Source of the DNA: Candidatus Rokuibacteriota bacterium
GTDB lineage: Bacteria > Methylomirabilota > Methylomirabilia > Rokubacteriales > DASRDR01
Assembly (NCBI GenBank): GCA_044866005.1
Contig: JBIOTN010000145.1
Span: forward strand, 1 to 38,741
DNA length: 38,741 nt
Direction: 5' to 3'
In this document: one piece after another, positions 1 to 7,619 of the stretch
Layout of the letters: each line of letters begins with the position of its first letter
How positions within the stretch are numbered: position 1 is the stretch's first letter
The notes under the pieces: model-generated
What the model was told of the DNA's origin: nothing
Seen by the model: the letters and a program-made list of their open reading frames with translations, nothing else
Database searches by the model: none
Program-made: the position numbers and the translations under genes

Positions 1-1
1 T

Positions 2-739
2 ATCGGCGCCAAGAGCTTCCTTCACTGTGGGAATGGATTTCCAGTCTTCGAGTGAAATACGAGCCGTGTCGAAGACAGCGAGCGGCCGCACCCGCTTTGC
101 TTTCCAGTGGCTCGCGCACTCGATCGGGTTGTTCACGGTGGAGTCGACGTGCTTCCCCACCAGGTTGGCGCAGACCTCGCCGCCGCCCTTGAACGGGACG
201 TAGATGAATTTGAGCCCGAGCGCCTGCTCGAGCTGGATCGTGATGATCTGGTCCTCCTGGGCCGATCCGGTCCCGCCCATCTTGAAGGTCCCCGGCTTGG
301 CCTTCACCGCCTCGACGAAGTCTTTGGCGGTCTTGTAGGGCGTCTCCGCATTGACCCAGAGGATGAACTCGTCGAGCGCCAGCCGCGCGACCGGCGTCAG
401 GTCCTTCCAGTTGAACGGCACCCCGGTGTGCAGCGGGGTGGTGAAGAGGTTGGAGAGCGTGATGATGATGGTGTGCGCGTCGCCTTCCTTGCCCTTGACG
501 TAGGTGAACCCTTCGGCGCCGGCCCCGCCCGGCTTGTTGACCACGATGAGGGGACGCGGCGAGAGCTTGTACTTGTCGACGAGCGGGGCGATGATCCGTG
601 CCATCTGGTCGGCGCCCCCGCCGGTGCCGGCGGGAACGATGAATTCGACGGGTTTGGTCGGCTCCCAGGCACCCGCGGGGACCGCGAACAGGGCAATCGT
701 CAGCACCCCGGCCATGACGGGAACCATTCGGTTGCTCAT
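2..739 (-). CDS. Tripartite tricarboxylate transporter substrate-binding protein (TctC/Bug family), 3' end runs off the window
   Basis: Not in the ORF track (no stop in the window); translated by hand from ATG 739 with an AAGGAG RBS upstream: MSNRMVPVMAGVLTIALFAVPAGAWEPTKPVEFIVPAGTGGGADQMARII...VVNKPGGAGAEGF...YVPFKGGGEV. Signal peptide plus Bug-family motifs. Confidence 0.9.
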   Translation of the reverse strand, partial: MSNRMVPVMAGVLTIALFAVPAGAWEPTKPVEFIVPAGTGGGADQMARIIAPLVDKYKLSPRPLIVVNKPGGAGAEGFTYVKGKEGDAHTIIITLSNLFTTPLHTGVPFNWKDLTPVARLALDEFILWVNAETPYKTAKDFVEAVKAKPGTFKMGGTGSAQEDQIITIQLEQALGLKFIYVPFKGGGEVCANLVGKHVDSTVNNPIECASHWKAKRVRPLAVFDTARISLEDWKSIPTVKEALGAD

Positions 740-836
740 GCCCGACCCTCCTTGGTTGGAAGGTTCGAATACGGGAAGGGCCGCGCGCCGGCGGCCCCCC
801 CTCCTTGGGAATCGCGGTCAGGCGGCCAAGGTTCCC

Positions 837-1856
837 CTACTTCGTCTTGGCCTCCACATCCCGTCTGAAGGCGACGACTCCCGGGATCTCCCACTTGTCC
901 CACATCTCGTCCACCTTTGCCTGGAAGTACGCCAGATCCTCCTCGGTGAAGTGGGCGAAGCGGCCCTGCTTCAGGAGGTACTCCCGGGCCGGCTTCCGCT
1001 TCCGTCCGTCGACGATCGCCTTGGTCTTGCCGTAGTACCGCACGACCCGCTCTTCCACCTCGTAGAGCGGGAAGATGCCCGTCTCCACCGCGAGCTCGCC
1101 CAGCTCGTGGGAGAGCATCGGGTCGTAGTCCCAGCCCTTGGGGCACGGGTCGAGCGAATGGATGAACGTCGGGCCGCCGATCGTGAGCGCCCGGCGCACC
1201 TTGTTCATCATCTCCACCGCGTACGACGCACAGACCGTCGCCACGTACCGGCACTCCGGGTGCCCGGCCGCCAGCATGCCGGCGACGTTCTTCTTCCACC
1301 GGGTGTGGATGATCCGCTTCACCGAGCCGGGCGGGCTGAAGGTCGTGTGCGCGCCGTACGGCGTGAGCCCGGAGAGCTGGATGTCCGTGTTCGCGTACGA
1401 CTCGTTGTCGTAGAGGAGGATCAGGGAGTTGTATTCCTTGTGGGTCAGGGTCGCGGAGATCGCGCCGAGCCCCATGTCGGCCCCGCCGCCGTCGCCGCAG
1501 AAGGCGATGACGTTGATGGGCTCGACCTTCATCTTGCCCTTCTTCATGAGGGCCTTGAGCCCCGCGGCGGTGCCCAGGGCGGCGGAGCCCGACGAGCCGA
1601 GCTGGGTGTGCATCCAGGGCACGACCCACGGGGTGGAGTAGTACGTCGTGTTCGCCACGTACATGCACCCGGTCGACCCGAGCACGATGGTCCGGGGGCC
1701 CGCGGCCTTGATCATCAGCTTCATGACCAGGGCCGACTCGCACCCCTGACACGTCCGGTGGCCGGAGCTGAAGTACTCCTCGAGCCGCACCTTCTTGACG
1801 CCCTTGAAGGGCTCGAGGACCTGGGGCGCGTTGGTGAACGCGGTCGCTTCAGCCAT
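837..1856 (-). CDS. 2-oxoacid:ferredoxin oxidoreductase beta subunit (TPP-binding), oxalate oxidoreductase-like
   Basis: GHRTCQGC, STGC and PCPKGW Fe-S ligands; GDGG...YDNESYANT TPP motif; GGAGG RBS. Confidence 0.92.
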   Translation of the reverse strand: MAEATAFTNAPQVLEPFKGVKKVRLEEYFSSGHRTCQGCESALVMKLMIKAAGPRTIVLGSTGCMYVANTTYYSTPWVVPWMHTQLGSSGSAALGTAAGLKALMKKGKMKVEPINVIAFCGDGGGADMGLGAISATLTHKEYNSLILLYDNESYANTDIQLSGLTPYGAHTTFSPPGSVKRIIHTRWKKNVAGMLAAGHPECRYVATVCASYAVEMMNKVRRALTIGGPTFIHSLDPCPKGWDYDPMLSHELGELAVETGIFPLYEVEERVVRYYGKTKAIVDGRKRKPAREYLLKQGRFAHFTEEDLAYFQAKVDEMWDKWEIPGVVAFRRDVEAKTK

Positions 1857-1875
1857 GGATTGGCCTCCTCGCTCC

Positions 1876-3111
1876 CTACTCGCGCACGCCGAGCCAGTAG
1901 GTGCCGCGCTCGGCCCTGCCGGCTTTCGCCGCCGCGTGACAGATGTCGGTCATCTTGTAGACGTCCTCGAGCGTGACCTCGCGGCCGCCCAGGCCGCAGA
2001 TGAAGCCGATGAGCGGCGGCCGGTGCGCCGCGTTGTAGAGCGTGGCCCGGACCTCCGTGGCGACGACGCCGGAGCCGAACGGCGACCCGAAGGAGTAGTC
2101 GCGATCGATGACCCCGATGGCCTTCGCCCTGGCCAGCGCGCGGGTGAGCTGCTGGTACGGGAAGGGCCGGAACCAGCGGAGGCGGATCAGGCCGACCTTC
2201 TTCCCCTCCTCGCGCATCTTCCGGATGGCCACCTTCACGGGGAGGGAGAGGGTGCCCATCCCCATGAGGATCACCTCGGCGTCCTCGGTCATGTACTCCT
2301 CGAACCACGGGTTCTCCGGACCCCGGCCGAAGACGCGCCGGAAGTCCGCGTACGCCTCCTCGATGACCGTGTAGGCCCGCTCCGTGGCGGCGTTGTTCTG
2401 CCGGCGGATCTCGATGACCCAGTCCTCGTTCACCTGCGGGGCCACCGTGATCGGGTTGTCCGGGTGGAGCAGCAGATCGCCGCGGTTGTACGGCGGCAGG
2501 AACGTGTTCACCCACTCCTTGGGCGGGACCCGGGTGAGCGCCTGCGAGTGGGTGAGGAAAGCGCCGTCGGCCGAGATCGCGACCGGCAGGAACACCCGGC
2601 GGTCCTCGGCCACGCGGTAGGCGATGAGCGTGGTGTCGAGCGCCTCCTGCGAGGTGTCGATCCAGCACATCAGCCAGCCGAGATCCCGGACGGACAGGGC
2701 GTCGTTGTGCTCGACGCCGAACGCCCCGGGGTCGTCCAGCGCGCGGTTGCCGACGAGCGCCACCATCGGAACGCGCAACGCCGGCGTCACCGTGATCGCC
2801 TCCATCGCGTACATCCAGCCCACCCCGGAGGAGCCGCAGAAGACGCGGGCGCCCACGGTCGAGGCGTGCTTGACGATCTCGAACTGGCTGTGCTCGCCCT
2901 CGGCGACGATGTACTCCGCGGTGAGCTTGCCGTTGGCGATCTTCTTCGCGATGGCCTGCATCACCGTGTCGTACGGCCGGATCGGGTACGCCGTGACGAC
3001 GTCCAGGTCGGCGAGGGTCAGGGCCTCGGCGACGGCCTCGCTGCCGGAGATGAGCATCTCCTGCTCCTCGAGGACGGTCGTCTTCGGCGCCGATGTGGTC
3101 GCGACTGCCAT
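1876..3111 (-). CDS. 2-oxoacid:ferredoxin oxidoreductase alpha subunit, oxalate oxidoreductase-like
   Basis: SGSEAVA, YPIRP (canonical PFOR has YPITP), AEGEH, RWFRPFP and GLGGRE motifs. Confidence 0.92.
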   Translation of the reverse strand: MAVATTSAPKTTVLEEQEMLISGSEAVAEALTLADLDVVTAYPIRPYDTVMQAIAKKIANGKLTAEYIVAEGEHSQFEIVKHASTVGARVFCGSSGVGWMYAMEAITVTPALRVPMVALVGNRALDDPGAFGVEHNDALSVRDLGWLMCWIDTSQEALDTTLIAYRVAEDRRVFLPVAISADGAFLTHSQALTRVPPKEWVNTFLPPYNRGDLLLHPDNPITVAPQVNEDWVIEIRRQNNAATERAYTVIEEAYADFRRVFGRGPENPWFEEYMTEDAEVILMGMGTLSLPVKVAIRKMREEGKKVGLIRLRWFRPFPYQQLTRALARAKAIGVIDRDYSFGSPFGSGVVATEVRATLYNAAHRPPLIGFICGLGGREVTLEDVYKMTDICHAAAKAGRAERGTYWLGVRE

Positions 3112-3132
3112 GGGAGCGCTCCTCTTCTCGGG

Positions 3133-4410
3133 CTAGGCGCCCGGCGCCTCGGCTACGCCGGTCACGATCGAGGTCGACTCGTGGATGTGCGTCGCGGGAT
3201 GCAGGCCCTTCTCCTCGGCGTTCTCCCCCGGGATCCCCGCGGTGAGGGGCACCCCGCCGAGCTCCAGCTCGCCGGCCGACAGCTCCTCCTCGTACTGCCC
3301 GCGGTAGCGGAAGCCGTGGGAGCGCGCCACGTGGACCTTGTCCTTGATCTTCTCCTGGAGCCAGACGCGGTAGGAATCCTTGTCGCGCCGCCACATCTCC
3401 CACTGGCTCGCGTTGTCCTCGAAGGAGGCCTCGTTCACCATCGTGATGCAGTTGTGCACGGGGCAGACCGCCTCGCAGACGCCGCAGCCGCAGCAGGCGT
3501 CCATGTTGGCGTCGTAGAGCCCGTCCGGCGTGACGTCGAAGCAGCTGTCGGGGCACTGGAGCCAGCAGAGGGTGCATTTCACGCAGGCGTCGAAGTCGAT
3601 CACGGGCCGCATGGTGCGGGTGGAGAACTTCTTGAATACCTGGCTGCGCTCGGGCCGGTAGCCCTTGCCGTCCTCGATCGGTTTGCCGACGGGCAGCGAC
3701 GGGATGGTCACACCCTCGCGCATCTCCCACCAGCGCGGGAGCTCGAACGAGTAGGGCGTCTCGGGGTTCCCTTCCGAGGGCTTCACCGGCCGCGGCTCGA
3801 TGCGCTCGTACGCCTTGCGCGCCGACTGGACCTTCAGCTCGGATCCCCACTCGGCCTCGCGGATGGCCTCGGAGACCGCGTCGATGCTCAGGAACTGGGG
3901 CGCGATCTTGGCGAGGGCCCCCAGGATCCGCACCTCGGTGTGGTCCTCCTTGTAGACCCAGAGGCCCGAAAAAGACGCCTGGCCGCGGAGCAGCCAGAGG
4001 GAGTAGGGCGTCTCCTTCTGGTGGATGTCTTTCAGGAGGTCCGCGGCCGGCTGGATGGAGGTGAGGAGGAGGTGGCCTCCCGGCAGGAGCAAGCGGTTGA
4101 TCGGCTGGAGGCCGTACCACGCCCAGGACTCGACGCCCTTGCAGAGCGTATCGTCCACGCAGATCGTGACGTGGAGCTCCTTGGGCTCGTAGCGGGCCAT
4201 GTGCTGCTCGAGCTCCTCCTTCGTGTCGGCCACGATGGCGAAGTCCTTGGCGGGGATGCCGTTTCGCTGCGGGCTGTCCCCGTAGCGACCGAACGCGATG
4301 CCCCACCGTCCCGCCTTGCGTGCGGACAAGACGATCCCGCGCGTGAGGCGGGCCGCCAGGTTTTTCTGGAAGATGCCGCGGTAGACCACTTCACAGGTCA
4401 GATGCGCCAT
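3133..4410 (-). CDS. 2-oxoacid:ferredoxin oxidoreductase gamma/delta fusion subunit (gamma-like domain plus 2x[4Fe-4S] ferredoxin domain)
   Basis: CVKCTLCWLQCP and CCGCGVCEAVCP ferredoxin motifs after a gamma-like N-terminal domain; co-oriented with alpha and beta. Confidence 0.88.
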   Translation of the reverse strand: MAHLTCEVVYRGIFQKNLAARLTRGIVLSARKAGRWGIAFGRYGDSPQRNGIPAKDFAIVADTKEELEQHMARYEPKELHVTICVDDTLCKGVESWAWYGLQPINRLLLPGGHLLLTSIQPAADLLKDIHQKETPYSLWLLRGQASFSGLWVYKEDHTEVRILGALAKIAPQFLSIDAVSEAIREAEWGSELKVQSARKAYERIEPRPVKPSEGNPETPYSFELPRWWEMREGVTIPSLPVGKPIEDGKGYRPERSQVFKKFSTRTMRPVIDFDACVKCTLCWLQCPDSCFDVTPDGLYDANMDACCGCGVCEAVCPVHNCITMVNEASFEDNASQWEMWRRDKDSYRVWLQEKIKDKVHVARSHGFRYRGQYEEELSAGELELGGVPLTAGIPGENAEEKGLHPATHIHESTSIVTGVAEAPGA

Positions 4411-4473
4411 TCCGGCCTCCTAGCGCCGCGTGGAAATCGCAGACCGATCAGCCACCGGGGAGCGGCGGTATGC

Positions 4474-4484
4474 TGGTCTGACCA
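4474..4484. promoter_or_regulatory. Palindromic operator TGGTCTGACCA, FadR-subfamily GntR type (PdhR/LldR/GlcC-like)
   Basis: Perfect TGGTC-N-GACCA inverted repeat 2 bp downstream of the -10 box, covering the predicted start site of the oxidoreductase operon. Confidence 0.65.
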
Positions 4485-4486
4485 CT

Positions 4487-4515
4487 ACCCTAGGCCAGCC
4501 TGTTTCGCCTGTCAA
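4487..4515 (-). promoter_or_regulatory. sigma70-type promoter of the oxidoreductase-tctC operon
   Basis: Minus strand TTGACA (4515-4510), 17 bp spacer, TAGGGT (4492-4487). Confidence 0.75.
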
Positions 4516-4548
4516 GGCGAAGTTTCGCCGCCCGGGTCGGCGGGCGGC

Positions 4549-4950
4549 TCACCCCATCCCCGTGACGCGTTCGGGCTCGATCCTGTAGATGACCCGCACC
4601 TCGCCCGCCCGGCGGTAGGGGTAGCGATCCTGCCCCAGGTACTTCTTCGCCAGGGCGTCGATGTGCCGGTCGGCGTCCGTCTCCGTGACCTCCACGACCC
4701 GACCCCGGACGGCCAGGTGCCGGTAGGGGTTCTCGGGATCCATGATCGCGAAGGCGACCTTGGGCGAGCGCCGCATGTTGCGGTCCTTCACCCGCCCCCG
4801 GGCCGAGTTGATGCGGAAGTGGGCGCCGTCGAAATCGAACCAGACCGGCGACACCTGGGGACTCCCGTCCGGCATGAGGGTCGCCAGGTTGGCGAACGCC
4901 TTCTTCTGCTGGAGGAGATCCCGGTACGCCTCAGGGACGGTCACGGGCAT
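4549..4950 (-). CDS. PPOX-class F420-dependent oxidoreductase (pyridoxamine 5'-phosphate oxidase-like)
   Basis: LATLMPDGSPQVSPVWF, K-x-RNMRRSPKVA, VRGRV and LAKKY motifs; GGAGG RBS. Confidence 0.88.
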   Translation of the reverse strand: MPVTVPEAYRDLLQQKKAFANLATLMPDGSPQVSPVWFDFDGAHFRINSARGRVKDRNMRRSPKVAFAIMDPENPYRHLAVRGRVVEVTETDADRHIDALAKKYLGQDRYPYRRAGEVRVIYRIEPERVTGMG

Positions 4951-4996
4951 GGCGACCTCCGTGTCTTCTCCGCTTCGAGCCGATGAAGAGCCCCCA

Positions 4997-6184
4997 TCAA
5001 CTCCCGGCGGCGGCCAGCGCCGCCGCCAGGGTCTCGCGAAGGTCTTCGACGTCCTCGACGCCCACCGAGAGGCGCACGAGCCCCGCCGTGATCCCGAGCG
5101 CCACCTGCTCGTCCGCCGGGAGCGGCCGGTGGGAGGTCCGCGTGGGATAGCTCCAGGTCGTGGTCACGTCGCCGAAGCTCGGCGCGAACTCGATCGGCGA
5201 CAGCGCGCGGGAGAAGCGTTCGACCGCGGGCCCGCCGCCCCTGAGCTCGAAGCTGACCATCCCCCCGAACCCGCCGGCGAAGAGCTTCTGGGCAAGTCCG
5301 TGCTGCGGGTGCTCCGGCAGCCCCGGGTAACGGACGCGGCGGACCTCGGGTCGGGCCGCGAGGAAACGCGCGACGGCCAGCGCGTTGGCCGAATGCCGTT
5401 CCATCCGGAGCGCGAGGGTGCGCACCCCTCGCAGGACGAGCCACGCGTCGAACGGGCCGAGGTTGAGCCCGAGCCGCACGACCTGCCCCCGCGCCGCGGC
5501 CACGAGCGCCGGCGGGCCCAGCAGGACGCCCGCGGTCGCGTCCCCGTGCCCCGAGAGGTACTTGGTCGCGCTGTGGTGCACCAGGGTGGCGCCGTGCTCG
5601 AGGGGACGCAGCAGCGCCGGCGACGCGAACGTGTTGTCCACGACGAGCGTCAGCCCGCGGCGGCGGGCCAGCTCGGCCAGACCCGGCAGGTCCGCCAGGC
5701 GCAAGAGCGGGTTGGAGACGGCCTCGACGAAGATCGCCCGCGTGGCGGGGCCGATGGCAGCCTCGACCGCCCCCGCGTCGGTCGCGTCAGCGAAGGACAC
5801 GCCGATGCCCCAGCGTGGCGCCTGCTCGCGCAGGAGCGCCGTGGTCGACCCGTAGAGGTCCTGGCCGGCCACCAGGTGGTCGCCGGCCCCGAGCAGCCCG
5901 AGGAAGAGCGCGGTCAGCGCGCCCATCCCGGAGGCCGTCACGACCGCCGCCTCCGCGCCTTCGAGGCTGGCGAGCGTCTCCTCGAGCATCGTGTGGTTCG
6001 GTGTGCCGAAGCGCCCGTAGACGTAGCCCCGCTGCGTCCCGTCCCAGACGGCGTCCACCTGGGCGAGGTCGTCGAAGACGTAGACGTTGGCCAGGTGGAT
6101 CGGCGGCGTCAGCGGGCGGGACGCCGACTCGGGCGCCGGCACGGCGCGGGCGGCGCGGGTGGCAAAGCGGGGTGGGCGCGTCAT
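4997..6184 (-). CDS. PLP-dependent trans-sulfuration enzyme (cystathionine gamma-synthase / methionine gamma-lyase family)
   Basis: YGRFGTP, SGMGA, VDNTFASP, HSATKYLSGHGD (PLP lysine) and RLSVGVE. Start set at ATG 6184 after AAAGGA. Confidence 0.9.
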   Translation of the reverse strand: MTRPPRFATRAARAVPAPESASRPLTPPIHLANVYVFDDLAQVDAVWDGTQRGYVYGRFGTPNHTMLEETLASLEGAEAAVVTASGMGALTALFLGLLGAGDHLVAGQDLYGSTTALLREQAPRWGIGVSFADATDAGAVEAAIGPATRAIFVEAVSNPLLRLADLPGLAELARRRGLTLVVDNTFASPALLRPLEHGATLVHHSATKYLSGHGDATAGVLLGPPALVAAARGQVVRLGLNLGPFDAWLVLRGVRTLALRMERHSANALAVARFLAARPEVRRVRYPGLPEHPQHGLAQKLFAGGFGGMVSFELRGGGPAVERFSRALSPIEFAPSFGDVTTTWSYPTRTSHRPLPADEQVALGITAGLVRLSVGVEDVEDLRETLAAALAAAGS

Positions 6185-6494
6185 CGGCACGTCCTTTCTC
6201 CGGCTCCCCCGCACCGGGAGCCCGGTCGGCTGCCCTGCTCGCCATTAGAGCCCGCGGCGTCGTGCCCCGCAAGAGGCTCCCGGCGCGCCGATCGCAGGCC
6301 GCGCTGCCGGGGTTGAAAAAATGTCTTCGGCTGTCCCGCCGGCTGCAGTAGAGTAGGGGTGCTGCACGGTGTTTTCCCGGGGCCCGGTCGGGCTTCAAGG
6401 TTGGTCGGAGGACTCGAGTGGTATCAGTCTTCGGTGAAAGAGTTTTCGCCGAGTCACCGATCGGGGTTTCCCGCCCTCCCCGCCGGCCGATCCG

Positions 6495-7157
6495 ATGAAC
6501 CGGTTCGCCGCGGCCATCTTCGACATGGACGGCGTCCTCGTCGACTCCGAGCCGCTCCACCTCCGCGCGACGCAGGCCGCTCTCGGTCCTCGCGGCGCCT
6601 CCTACACCGAGCGCGACAACCGGGCGTTCTTCGGCGCGACCGACGCCGAGCTGCTCCGGGTGCTCCGCATCCTCTTCGACATCGCCACCCCGACGGCCGC
6701 CCTGGTTGAGGCCAAGATGGCCCACCTCTTGGCCCTCGTCCGAACGGATGCGCGGCCGCTTCCGGGCATCCCCCACGTCCCCCGCTGGTTCCACGAGGAG
6801 GGGCTCCCGGTCGCCCTGGCCTCGTCCTCGGCGCGGCCGGTCATCGACGCCGTGCTGGACACCCTCGGTCTGGAGGCGCTCTTTCCCGTGGTGGTCTCGG
6901 GCGACGAAGTCCCGCGGGGCAAGCCCGCCCCGGACGGATTCCTGCTGGCCGCGCGGCGGCTCGCGGTGGAGCCGGGCCGGTGTCTGGTGATCGAGGACTC
7001 CCGCAACGGCGTGCTCGCGGCCAAGGCGGCCGGGATGGTGGTCGCAGCCGTCCCGTGTCGCGCGACGCGCCACGAAGACTTCTCGCCCGCCGACCTCGTG
7101 CTTGGGAGCCTCGAGGCCCTCCCGACGGCCCTCCAGGCGAACGGCTACGCGGCGTGA
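6495..7157 (+). CDS. HAD-superfamily phosphatase (beta-phosphoglucomutase-like, subfamily IA)
   Basis: FDMDGVLVDS, LASSS, GKPAPD and IEDS motifs. Confidence 0.9.
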   Translation: MNRFAAAIFDMDGVLVDSEPLHLRATQAALGPRGASYTERDNRAFFGATDAELLRVLRILFDIATPTAALVEAKMAHLLALVRTDARPLPGIPHVPRWFHEEGLPVALASSSARPVIDAVLDTLGLEALFPVVVSGDEVPRGKPAPDGFLLAARRLAVEPGRCLVIEDSRNGVLAAKAAGMVVAAVPCRATRHEDFSPADLVLGSLEALPTALQANGYAA

Positions 7158-7198
7158 CGACGGGCGGCGGGCGATCCTGACGGCAGGGCGACGCTCCG

Positions 7199-7402
7199 AT
7201 GGGCCTCGGTGAACCCAACCTCCGGCGCGCGCTCCAGTGGGTGCTCGACCGGCTCGCCGACGATCCCCGGGCGAAGCGCTCCAAGCTGATCGACGAGGCG
7301 GCGCGGCAGTTCGACCTGACGCCTCTCGAGACGGAGTTCCTCTACCGCCAGCTCACCCGGCAGGCCCCGCCCGGCGAGGAGGGATCCGGCAAGACGGAGT
7401 AG
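7199..7402 (+). CDS. Small hypothetical protein (67 aa)
   Basis: GC-rich third codon positions; helical, protein-like sequence (LRRALQWV...LIDEAARQFDLTPLETEFL); follows the HAD gene. Confidence 0.65.
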   Translation: MGLGEPNLRRALQWVLDRLADDPRAKRSKLIDEAARQFDLTPLETEFLYRQLTRQAPPGEEGSGKTE

Positions 7403-7417
7403 ACCGCCGCCGGTCAG

Positions 7418-7618
7418 CTACCCGGCCCGGCGGTGGCGCTCCTTGAACTCCTTCGGCGCGATCGCGATCCGCTTCCCGGCCACGTCCTCCAGGATGTAGA
7501 CCTCGTCGGTCAGCGAGCCGCTGGCGAAGACCTCGAAGACCCCGAGCGTCTCCTCGAGCGACGTGCCCGGCGGGCGCGTCGCGATCAGGGCCTCCACCTC
7601 GGCGAGCGGCAACCGCAT
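7418..7618 (-). CDS. Small hypothetical protein (66 aa)
   Basis: MRLPLAEVEALI...FEVFASGSLTDEVYILEDVAGKRIAIAP; ATG 1 bp after the upstream stop; host-like codon usage. Confidence 0.65.
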   Translation of the reverse strand: MRLPLAEVEALIATRPPGTSLEETLGVFEVFASGSLTDEVYILEDVAGKRIAIAPKEFKERHRRAG

Positions 7619-7619
7619 C

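Noticed and set aside
746..836. Hairpins and a CCCTCCTTGG direct repeat between the beta subunit and tctC as a terminator
   Set aside because: No U-tract; one repeat copy is simply the tctC RBS, so at most this is an mRNA-processing structure.
837..4410. Ordinary four-subunit pyruvate synthase (porCDAB)
   Set aside because: YPIRP instead of YPITP, fused gamma-ferredoxin and no GGQG loop fit the OOR-like group better, so por symbols were not assigned.
1721..4986. Long alternative ORFs (1795..4986 +, 1721..4306 -) and many similar ones across the window
   Set aside because: Antisense or off-frame shadows of real genes, expected at very high GC; Arg/Pro/Gly-rich with no motifs.
6185..6360. SAM or SAH riboswitch upstream of the trans-sulfuration gene
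   Set aside because: Conserved cores (AUC-AGAG and GCAACC for SAM-I; GAGGAGCG and CAGGCUC for SAH) were not found on the coding strand.
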